Source of the DNA: Glaucostegus cemiculus
Lineage: Eukaryota
Assembly (NCBI GenBank): GCA_976551045.1
Contig: CDPCPM010000060.1
Location: 25,916,001 to 25,980,000, forward strand
Length of the DNA stretch: 64,000 bases
Reading direction: 5' to 3'
Shown: positions 52,901 through 64,000 of the stretch, one piece after another
Layout of the letters: each line of letters starts with the position of its first letter
How positions within the stretch are numbered: the stretch's first letter is position 1
Position numbers and translations under genes: made by a program
Notes under the pieces: model-generated
The model's database searches: none
Told to the model about the DNA's origin: nothing
Seen by the model: only the letters and a program-made list of their open reading frames with translations

Positions 52901-55719
52901 GGGTACAAGCACTATCTGAGCAGAACCATTCATGTGGACAATGCACAAACTAACTGATGCTTGGACTTTCAATGGACACACTATAAATCAGGGTTAGGTT
53001 GGTGTGTTTCAAATAATATTCCTATTATGTGGACCTGTCACTTCTAGCTAGAAGTTCTCTTGAATTAATTTTATGCAATATTAATAGGTAACCCATGATC
53101 TGGAATAGAGCCACTTTATTCATCTGATTTATTATATAATAAGTTCTTCCATTTTGGAATTGAATTTTGCTATTGGTCTTCACACAATTCGGACTTATAG
53201 GTTAATATATCCCATTTCTCCCACTGGACACTCCCATATAGCTTTTCCTTAGTTTCTAATGCTGCCACCAAGTTGTATCATTTGCGTTCTTGGCAAAGTT
53301 GAGACCAAGTTTGCTGATGGAGTTCTACTTTTATTGTCATTTGATGTATTCTTGTGTTCTGCTTCCAAGGCCAAGTTATTTTTAACATGATGAAAGACTG
53401 AAACAAGAACTGTGACACAGATTATCAAAGGGAATGGAGAATGCAAAGTAAAAACAGAAGACAAGCATGGTTTACTTGGGAGGGAAATGCCGAGGATACC
53501 ACACTAACATTAACTGAGTGTATAAGTATATTGCAAGGATATATTCACAGAATCAGTGAACTATGCAGCACGTAGGAGTCCATTTGTTCTCTCATGGTCC
53601 TGCCTGTATTTTGAAAGAATAAGTCTCATGTTCCAGTTTTTCTCCTGCACAGAAATGCATTTATTTATTCCTTTTCAAACACTTATTCAATTTCCCCTTT
53701 TAAGTTATTATCAAAACAGCTTCCGCTGTGCATGCAGGTGGTACATGCCAGACTGTAGTAATTCCGCATGTTACAAACAAACCCCTCGTTTTCCTTCTGG
53801 CTCTCCTGTCAACTATCTTAAACATCTTGCAGTAAGTTGCTTGGAGTTTCACAAAATTATTTACATTTGCACGTGCATTTGTGTTCCAAATGTTTGCCAT
53901 ATAAAAGCAGGACATGGCATTCAGCATAAAAGATCATTTGGCAATCATTAAAGTGCTAAGATTTTCTAGATCCTTTGTAATACTATCCTTTATAAAAGCA
54001 AAATATAAATGGTTGGGAATATAATTGTTTGAAGATAGCTAATTCACATTATTTGAAGGTCATTTTGTTGATTAAGACCAAGGAATGATAAACAAATGAT
54101 TCTCGAGGAACTCCATTAATCAAGCTTCTGGCACGAAATTATCGAGTTCTATGTTCTGAAAATGTAAAGGGAGACTGGAAATTTTAAGCACACCATGAGT
54201 ATATAGCCCACAAAGGTTATATGTACATATTCTCTTCTCAGTTTCCATGAGCAACCATCTTCTCTAAGTCTCCATGTTTAGTCCAGCAACCAATCATACT
54301 GCCTTCAGTTAGCAGACTGCAATTATCTCCTAAACCTTGCACAGAGTTCAAACATGAGGGAATTCTGCACATGGACGTTAGACAGACACATAAAGCTCCT
54401 TTCCCCAGGTGGTGCTTTCTTTTAATGATACGAGGGAAAAGGAGAAGCCTCTCATTTGTCATAACATTGGCAAAAGTCAAGGCTACACTTATAAAGTTCC
54501 CAAGAGGTCCAATAGATTGACTAGATACATTCAAAATGAGGCTTAACGTTAACTCTCCTGTGAGGGACCTTACCAGGTATGTTATGAAAGTAATAATATT
54601 GGGATACGTAATATTCCCCATGTTGTCTTTCTTTAGTGATGCTTTTATGGTCACAATGCAATATGGCTTTGAGTCATGGATTATTCCTTGGAGATCTGTG
54701 TTGGCATATTAACCATCAACGTTCTGAGGCTGAGACATTTGCTGCTGCATTCTGCTCAATTATTGTTTTTCCTCTTCTGAAGGTAGGGACTCACTCTGAA
54801 ATAATCTTGGATTCTCTCTGTCTTTAATCAAGTAAAGTTTTTCCTTTGCGGGCCCTGAGTCTCAGCCATGAGACGGCACAACTTAGCTCGTTCCAAGCCC
54901 AACTCAATACCACAAGCGTGATTTCTAATAGCCGCTGGACAGAGATCAGAAGGACTGCTTGTACCAGTGTTTCCTTTCTTGCTTTATTGAGACACTTCCT
55001 CTGCTGGTGTGCCAGGTAAGACCAGCTAATATACAGGCCCAGAGATTTAGCATGACTCTCTCCTGACTGTTGAGGAGTTGTAGTTTACCCGTGGACCACC
55101 AAGGAAGCTATATTATAAGTTTTCATAAATTGTATAATAAGTGCAGAAAATGCCCAGAAGTTCAAGAGAGAGAAAAAGAGAGGAGGCTTCAGACGTATTG
55201 AATTGGCACAATTAGTTCCAGCTAAAGGTCACAGTCTGGGCTGGTTTCAACTGGGTCGCTTTCCAGTTCTCTGATATTTTCCTGTTCTTAATGATTGATA
55301 TAGACAGGAACTTTACCAAAATTCAACTAATCCCCCACCTGGTGCTTCCAGTTTCTACAATGTCATGATAACTGTTCCAGGTTCAATAGTTTGGATTTCT
55401 GGAAACATTTTTAAAGCACACTTCTACTTCAGACCAACAATGCCCCTAAGAAGCTGGCGGAAGAAGTGGAATATTAAGTATCATTACAGTTAAAAATGTT
55501 ATGCTGAAAAAGTCAGCCAGCAGAAGTCTACCAGGTCTGACTATCATCGCGCACAGATGATACCAAATTGGGAAGATACAATTGCTGTTGACAAAAAGTA
55601 TGACTGAACTTGCAGAATGGGTATGTAATTAGCAAATATGTCACACTTTAATAAATGCAAGTGTGAGATGATACAATTTGATAGGATGATTAAAATGATC
55701 ATTCTGATTGGTATTGGCA

Positions 55720-55932
55720 TTGATTTGTGTTTATTATTGTCATATGTACTGAGATGCAGTGAAAAGCCTTCATTTTGCTTGCCAAGCAATCAGATTGTGC
55801 CATACATAAGTACATCGAGGTAGTAAATAGAAAACAGAATTCAGAATATAGTGTTACAGTTACAGAGAAAGTGCAGCGCGGGTAGACAAATAATGTGCAA
55901 GGACCATGACTGGGTAGATTGGGAGATCAAGG
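55720..55932 (-). mobile_element. Rex/Babar-type 3'UTR fragment
   Basis: gtttattattgtcatatgtactgagatgcagtgaaaagc...catcgaggtagtaaa...gtagacaaata. Confidence 0.65.
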
Positions 55933-56087
55933 GGGGTCATGTTTTGCTGTAAGACTTTGTTCTTCTGTGGTTTAATTAATATTAGTTATATTCAACTCTG
56001 TCATATCTTTGGATGTCTATTTTTTTTTGTCTCTAGTTATGCCAGTGTTTTCTTCCCTTACATTACAATAGAGAGGCCACCAAAAAC

Positions 56088-56300
56088 TGTTACAGTGCCA
56101 GCGATCGGGGTTCGATTCTCGTCGCTGACTGTAAGGAATTTGTACATTCTCCCGTGTCTGCGTGGGTTTCCTCCAGGTGCCCTGGTTTCCTCCCACAATC
56201 TAAAAGATGTATGGGTAGTTTGGGGCTTTAAAATGGGCGGCTCGGACTCGTTGGTCTGAAAGGGCCTGTTACCACGCTGTAAATAAAATTTAAAAATTAA
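56088..56300 (+). mobile_element. V-domain SINE with CR1-like tail
   Basis: B box ggttcgattc, V core, and tail ggtctgaaagggcctgttaccacgctgtaaataaa. Confidence 0.8.
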
Positions 56301-58154
56301 AGAATTTAAAAAGTACTCCTTTGACTGTAAACCACTTTGATACGTTATGAAGTTATGAACAATTTTAAATAAATGCAAGCTCGTTAATTCGTTTGATTCA
56401 ATTCCAGGCTTCCTCCCTCCCTTGAAATCGAGAAAATGTTTTATCACCCTCAATTCATTGTTGTAAACCATTTCTTTGGGACATGCCAGTTCTGCCCCAA
56501 AGTCGAAAAGGAAACCTTGCCAATTATTCAAGTGTTTTGTCTTCCCATTGTAGCTGTGACTGTCCATTCCTCCGGCTTACATTAACAAGCCTCTACAGGG
56601 CCAGGGTTGACAGTTGGATTCTTCATTATGTCTGATTTGTCCAAGCAATTGTTTCTTATCTTTCTAGATAGTCGGCCATTCAGTCTGACCTGCTGTTTTC
56701 CTCATTCAGGACAGCACTTTCTTTACAGTTCAGGAACTATGGTGATGTCAGTAGCAAAGTACTGACCTGAAATAAGTTTATGAGGAAAGGGAAATGTTGC
56801 GTCATTTTAATTACAATGGAAATAAGAAAGGTCATTATCCATACCATACACTAATCTTTTAACTACTGCTTTGACCACTTGGATCCAGATCTTTGCTTTA
56901 TTTTCTGGTCTAATTACAATAATGCAGTTCTGCCTTAAGCAAGGCTAAGTCCATTTTTTTTGTTTTTATTTCTGAAGTTATGAATTCTGATGTTTTTAAC
57001 TGTTATGTATGATTCCCAATGTATAACTAACATTGCGCAGCCAGTGACAGAGCAAGCTTCCCATGCCCCCATAGTATAATCTAAGATGTCATCTCAACCA
57101 ACTGCATGGTTTAACAGTCATGTGAACTATTGGCTGTACATGAACCCTTCCACTGTTACTTCCTCCTCATAAACTTTGCAGAACCTTCCTCTTTTCCACA
57201 ACATATCTACCTGATTCACTTCCCAGGGCAAACCTCACCAGTGTATACAATAATTTTATCATACTCTCAATCACTAATCATTTTGACCATTAACTTGGAT
57301 TTAAGAAGATACTTAATTTTCCAATCGCTTGGTGGTTTACCCTCCAAACCACGCACTACCTGCCTGGGAATTATATTTCTGTTCCTTCATCATCATTGGC
57401 TTTCAATCCTGGAACTCCATTCCTAAAATGAATGCGTCAGGGACGCCAGCAAGAAAACTGCCATGATTTTCATGTCGGCCACTCACCGCCACTTTCTTGG
57501 GGGCGATCAGCATTAGGTAATAACTGGCGGCCCTGCTAGTAATGGCCACAACTCACAAATTAATGTAAAAATAAATCTTTTCTACCATTAATTTCTGTGC
57601 ACCATTCCCCGTCCTTGTTTGGAGATCTTGAACTTGTCCTCCAACTTTATTTAACTTGACTCACAATGTGTGTTCATTCTGTATCTTTCTACAGGCACTT
57701 TCTTTATATTTAAGCTTATTTTGGAGCACAAATGCTGTAAGTGGACAGAAATATTATTCCTTAGGCACTTTATCCACTACTGCCTTTCCTTCTACATCAT
57801 TCCTATTCTGTTTTACTTCAGTTTCCTTCCACCTTTTATCCTTGTTTTTGCTGTTTGAGGTTTCCTTTCGGTGACACATGTTCCATATTTAGCAGTGTCC
57901 CACCCTTATGTCAATGCAGTTGGTCCTAGGCCCAGAATCAGACCACGTTGACCACTGCTCCCCTCACCTTCCTCAGCTTCCTCTTTCCAAACCTCCATTG
58001 TTTTGCTTTGGACGGAGCGATGGTTCGGTCACTTTCCTTACAATGCGGTGTGGAGCATCGACCAGCGGCACGCAAACAAGTCAAAGGGAGTAGCACTGTT
58101 TCCTCACCACGTCTTTATATAGGTGATAGTGAAATGCAAACTTGCCACAACATG

Positions 58155-58640
58155 CTATAGAAGCTATAGAGAGGGTGCAGAGGAGGTTTACGAGGATGCT
58201 GCCTGGAATGAGGAGCATGCCTTATGAGAGCAGGTTGCGGGAACTCGGCCTTTTCTCCTTGGAGAGAAGGAGGATGAGGGGAGACCTGATTGAGCTGTAT
58301 AAGATGATGAGAGATATTGATCGGGTAGATAGTCAGAGGCTTTTCCCCAGGGCTGAAATGGTGGCCACAAGAGGACATAGGTTGAAGGTGCTGGGGGGAA
58401 GATATAGGGGAGATGTCAGGGGTAAATCTTTTACTCAGAGAGTGGTGAGTGCGTGGAATAGGCTGCTGGAAATGGTGGTGGAGGCAGATACGATAGGGTC
58501 TTTCAAGAGACTGTTGGATAGGTACATGGAGGTAAATAAGATAGAAGGCTATGGGTAAGCTTAATAGTGTAGGGACATGTTCGGCACAGCTTTGTGGGCC
58601 GAAGGGCCTGAATTGTGCTGTAGGTATCTATGTTCTATGT
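58155..58640 (+). mobile_element. Young CR1-type LINE 3' end with an uninterrupted ORF2 C-terminus
   Basis: AIERVQRRFTRMLPGM...LGLFSLERRRMRGDLIELYKMM...FKRLLDRYMEVNKIEGYG* followed by the tail. Confidence 0.94.
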
Positions 58641-58802
58641 TCTTTGCCTTTTGTAATGAGGTCATGTGTTTCTGGAATTACAAAACCAGGGGTGGTTATG
58701 TTGAACCTCTGTAAAATACCAGTTCAGGGGCAATTCTGATCACTGAGGACAGCTGCAGAAAACCCTTAGAATGGTCCTCAGAGTGAAGGACCTCACTTAC
58801 TT

Positions 58803-59222
58803 GGAACAGTGCAGCACAGGAACAGGCCCTTCGGCCCACAATGTCTGTGCTGACCATGATGCCAAATTAAACTAGATCTACTTATCTGCCTACATGTGAA
58901 CCACATCCTTCCATTATGATCATGTGCCGGTCTAAATGCCCCTTAAATGCCACTATCATGTCAGCTTCCACCACTACACATAAAAAACCTACCCCTGCTC
59001 ATCTCCTGTAAACTTCCCCCCTCTCACCTTGAAACTGTGCCCTCTAGTAGAGAGGAGAAGCTGATATTGTTTAAGAGGCAGGCACATGAACAGGCAGGGA
59101 GCGGAGGGATAGGGACCATGTGCAGGCAGATGGGATTAGTTTGGATTGGATCGTCGTCGGCACACACAGTGTGGGCCAAAGGGCCTGTTCCTGTGATGTA
59201 CTGTCCTATGTTCCATGTTCTT
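58803..59222. mobile_element. Two CR1-type 3' ends in inverted orientation (minus 58803-59048, plus 59065-59222)
   Basis: cacaggaacaggcccttcggcccac at the left and its reverse complement gtgggccaaagggcctgttcctgtg at the right. Confidence 0.8.
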
Positions 59223-60200
59223 AGAACAGCAAAGGGGGAATTGATAGGACTGCTCAAAATCATCAAGGGTTCAGACACAGTAAATAAAAAGAAAATGTTT
59301 CCATTGGCTCAAGAACTGGGAATCCAGATTTCTGATGAAGGGAAATGAGCCAACTGTAAAATAAGGAAAGTGTTCGTCACTCAGCAAGTTGTGATCAGGA
59401 ACTCACCGTCCAATTGGCTGGTGGAAGCAGATTCAATCCCAGCTTTTAAAGGGGAATTGAAGAGATTCGTACTGGACCAAGAAATGGTGGGGAGTGGCAG
59501 TGTCAGGACTGGTAATGCTGAGAGCCTGTGCTGACTCAATGTGCCAGTGGCCTTCTGTGTGCTAACGATTCTACGTGACTACTTCCCTTGTCGCTCAGAT
59601 ACATTTCACAACCTTTTTGAAACAAGTTGCTTTGAATTGCAATGACAATTATTTATTAGGGAAGAATTTGAATTAATTAAACATACAGATTGAATAGTTG
59701 TTTTAATTAAAAACCGAGCCAATTTCTGTGTAGTACTGAGGGCTGCAGCACAGCTGGAGGTGTCCCCTTTCTGAAGAGGCACTGGGATAGAGATGACACA
59801 GTGTGACACAAGCGATGGGGAGTCTCAGTACTCTCAACTCCAGTAGGAACAATGTAAATCAGATTGTTGATTCATTGTCCCCCACTTTATACTGTTGCAC
59901 TTTGATGATCCAGTGCACAGGGTGTACAGTGAGTGGCCACTATCCATTAACAACTGTTTTGCATTTACAGGGTTGATGTTTAATACCTGTCTCCTCTGAC
60001 AGATTAGTTGGATCTAACCCATTCATGGTTCTTTTGGAAGAAGTGAAAAGCCAATATCTCCCCCTCAACCAAAACCCTTAAAATCAGACACATTTCATTA
60101 GTTAATTGTGGGATCTTGCTGTGTGAAAATTAATTATTGCTTTTACCAAACACACCTGCCATGCCTGTACTTTAAACGTTGGTAGAAGTATGGGAAGTAG

Positions 60201-60437
<237 letters not shown>

Positions 60438-62844
60438 TAAAACATCAAACCAGTTTTCTTTCTCCTTTCTATCAATCCTAACAGTTGAAAGAATATTACT
60501 CTTAATGTAAAGTTCCAATGCCTTGGTCCATTCTGGGCTGTGAAATAGCTTTTAATATTTTAAAAGTTCATAAAAACTAATTTTGAAAAGTCTGGAATAT
60601 GTTTGTATCTGTGCAATTCACAATAGCTAATAGTCAGATTGATTAAACTGTAAAAGAGTCCAAAGCAAGTTCATTTTACTGATGTTACTAAACAGGCTAA
60701 TATGTTTATCTCCTCCCAGAATGAGAGCACTAATGTCAATGCTGCATGTGATGTCCATCCCTAATTGTCCCAGAGAAGTTGGTGGTGTATGTTTCGTGAC
60801 ATCAAAATGGCTTCAGTAGTAGGATGTTGGGAGAGCTGTAAGACCCAGTTTACATGGCTTATTGGGCATAAGTGTGGAAAGAAATGCTGTTCATCCACAT
60901 TCAGTCTATAGCAGGTGGCAATGCCTGTACGACTTATTTACAATGCTGTAAGGGAGTATTTAAGCCATGTGTTTTTATTTAGGTAATAAAGTTTGTGATT
61001 CTCAAGGACTCCATGCGAAACTGGTAGGCAAAAGCTCAATAAACTTGTCTGAAGTTCTATTTTAGTGGTGGTGTAGGTTAAACAGGTTGAAAGGTTTGTT
61101 GGTGCAGCAAAGAAAGGAATTTCAGGTGAACTTGCTACCCCAGCATGGTCTAATATAGCAAGATATAATTTCACATTATGTATTTCAAAATTAATTACAT
61201 TATTGGACATGTTATACGGCTTCTCTAGATAGCCCTCAGCATCTGATCATGAAACTGTTTATTAACTCAAATTTGGCAGTTAAATGCTGGGGAAAAAATG
61301 AATATCTATTAATTGTGAAGAGAAAATGAGAATATTAATCAGAATTAACTAAAAAGTGGTTTACATATCATTTGAATCTGAGCTGAGGGTAGATATATAT
61401 ACTTAAGATTTTTATTTGGATTATTTGGATCTTTTATTAATTATTAAGACTGCAATGAGTTATCATCACTGAAACTGCCCGATAACTGCCTCAGAGAGAC
61501 TTGCTGCTCTCAGCAGGCCGGGCGGCATCCGTGGAGATTCATTGTGCATCATTTTGGTTTTGTATCTAGATTCCAGATCAGCAGCAACTTGTTTCTCGAG
61601 TATTGCTGCTCTCAGTGTAGTCCTGCTATGCTGAAAGATCAGAGGGAGGACCTGAAATTCCACAGTTCATGACACAATGCATCCCGTCCTCTTTTTGTTG
61701 CAACTTGTAAAATTAGTCAGAAATGTAACAATACTTTAAACTTTTCATTGACCTGGTTGACAAAGAAGCGTGATGCTGTTTGCCACATTAAACAACCTCC
61801 ATCCTGAAGATGTATGGTAGTATAGGATGTAATTTTAACTATAAAGAGAGTTACCCTGGGCAGAACTTACAATATTGGTGAGGTGTGAATCAGGTGGCTA
61901 TGATAAACCCCCTCTCTCCATTGCCCCAACCACCACATCACTCACAGTTCTACATTCCATTAATGTCAATAGGAAGGAGAATGAAGCGGTTTACCATCAG
62001 TTTTACACCCAGGGCCATCCCTAGCCACCACCCCCAGCAGTGAACAGGCCTGACCCTTCCATTTTAACTTCACACCGGTTCCAATTGTGCTAAACCACGC
62101 TCCAAAATCACTGCAGCTGCAGCCTGTTTACTCATTCACATGAAAAAGTTTACACTTGCTCCCTGCCAGAAAAGACCGTAACAATATTGCCTTTTATAAA
62201 TACGTTGTTCTGAAACTGCTCCTAATGCATGTTCTGCAGTGACTTGTTACAGCTCCCGAGCACATTATGTACATCATTTCAGATTACTGGAATACATCAC
62301 AGATACAAATGGGCAAATATTGCACTGTATAAATTTAAATAGATTGCAGCAATATAACTGTAGATCTTGTGTCATGACTTTGGAAACATCCATTGGTTAA
62401 GATTTTCAACTCACTTTTAAACAGTTTAGAAAGTTAATGAAACATTTCTTTTTAGTGCATTATTATTGCCACATGATTGTACAGGGGCAGTGTTATCATG
62501 AAAACTTCACACTGAGGCCACCATTACTAAAATCTTAAATATGCAGCAGGCAGCCTGTTAAGCAATTGAGAAAGACTTTTCATTGAAGTGTAACCTCAAA
62601 CATGCGACAGTTCTAATTTATTTAATTATTGAGGAGCAGTAAGTTTTCAAGATCATCATTAAGCAAAGTTACAACAGCAGATCAAAATATCGTCACATGG
62701 AAGACCAATCTCACTTGCTCTTCACACTCATGATCCTTATGGTGACTGGACCTCGGCTGGCACAGTGTAGAAGCCCCCTCTCTTGGAGTAGCGCGATAGA
62801 AAGCAAGCTGGGGCCTTCTGTCGAACCAATCAGTGATTGTAACA

Positions 62845-63042
62845 ACAATCTCTGGAAGATCTCACCCGGTCGAACAGCATCTGTGGTGGGAAGGAAATGT
62901 TGATGTTTTGGGTCGAAACCCTGTGCCAGGACCTGAAACGTCGACAATGCCTTTCCTCCCACAGACGCTGCCTGACCCTCTGAGTTCTTCCGGTAGATTG
63001 TTTGTTGCTCCAGATTCCAACATCTGCAGTCTCTTGTGTCTC
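62845..63042. mobile_element. Fold-back Penelope-derived element in WT1 intron 2
   Basis: Inverted arms ending ...CATCTGCAGTCTCTTGTGTCTC; flanks TGATTGTAACA (62834) and TGATTCTAACA (63046). Confidence 0.78.
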
Positions 63043-64000
63043 TGTTGATTCTAACAGTTTTTAATTGTCTCTGGCATTCAAGGACAGCTAAAACCCATTA
63101 AAATTGAAGTGAACAATAATAAAGATAGGCTTTAAAAACCAAAAAAACAAGTTAATTAAAAGCAAATAAAAGCACATAGAAATATTTAGAAACTCAAGCA
63201 AAATTACTTTAAAGCAACTTACTTTTTCTTTTACCTCCTAAGTTGTGCCCTACAAATATCATTGGAATCAATAGGGTCTCAAATCCTGCATCAGATCTGA
63301 CCTGTTGCAGGATCTGGGTGACAATCTCCTGTGTAGTGACGAGGAGTATGTTGGCCCTGGGGAACAGGTTGTGTTCTGGCTTCTGTCAGTAATCACCGAC
63401 CTCCACAGTTCACAGTGTGTGCACCTAAAACTGGTCTTCCTTTTACCTGCAAACGCTGATTGTCAATGAACTTGTCCGAAGTCATGCTTTGTTGGAGGTG
63501 TAAGTTAAATAGCTTGAAAGCCTGGTTGGTAGAGCAAGGAGAGGAATTTGATGAATGTCAGTGGTTCCCGTGGTCTTCACAGGCAGACGGTGGTAGGTGC
63601 TTAGAACTCAACTTAGATACCATTTGGTGCTGAGTCAATTGCTAATTTAAATGTGAGGTTGATTGACTTTTTTGGCCACATAGGGATATGTGGAGAAGGA
63701 GTTAGGTCACTCACCAGCCATTCACTGCAGAACAGGTTTGAGAGTTCAAGCAGCCCAGTCCTGTTCCTTTCTCCTAACCTTCTTCACCTAACCTGATCAG
63801 AGTATGCCTCCAGATGTGAGTTTAACTTTAACTTACACCTCGCCAGGGACAAGTAGGTCGGCTGCATTCAAAGCATTGTTTACATAAGCAATAGAATCAA
63901 TACAGATACACATCTCAGCTAATGCTTACTTTAGTCTCCAGAGTTGCATGAACATTATTCTTCAAAGAAATGATGCAGTTATTGTAATAGGTCAGGCTAA

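Noticed and set aside
58142-58558. 138-aa ORF as a host gene
   Set aside because: It is the C-terminus of a CR1 ORF2 in a 5'-truncated insertion.

Overview
Eukaryotic genomic DNA from a cartilaginous fish. The repeat families (V-domain/HE1-type SINEs, CR1/HER1-type LINE 3' ends, Deu-domain SINEs, Rex-Babar, Tx1 and Penelope-type remnants) point to an elasmobranch, plausibly a ray; this is an inference. The only host gene is the 5' part of Wilms tumour 1 (WT1) on the + strand: coding exon 1 at 44415-44811, a ~15.5 kb intron 1 containing a 186-N gap, and a 123-bp exon 2 at 60271-60393. Exon 3 onward lies beyond the window. The promoter sits in a ~12 kb CpG-rich, transposon-poor domain (~39.9-52 kb). 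The upstream 40 kb is dense with decayed retroelements and carries two minisatellites (29-bp and 42-bp units). The most unusual structures are: (1) a family of ~200-260 bp fold-back (palindromic) Penelope-derived elements with minimal hammerhead-ribozyme motifs and target-site duplications, one of which cleanly interrupts a Tx1 reading frame; (2) a ~245-bp inverted templated insertion inside a dead CR1 LINE; (3) V-SINEs that share a core but carry tails from two different LINE clades. Nearly all other ORFs in the track are spurious or retroelement debris. Repeat boundaries are approximate and family names come from recognising motifs by eye, not from database searches.
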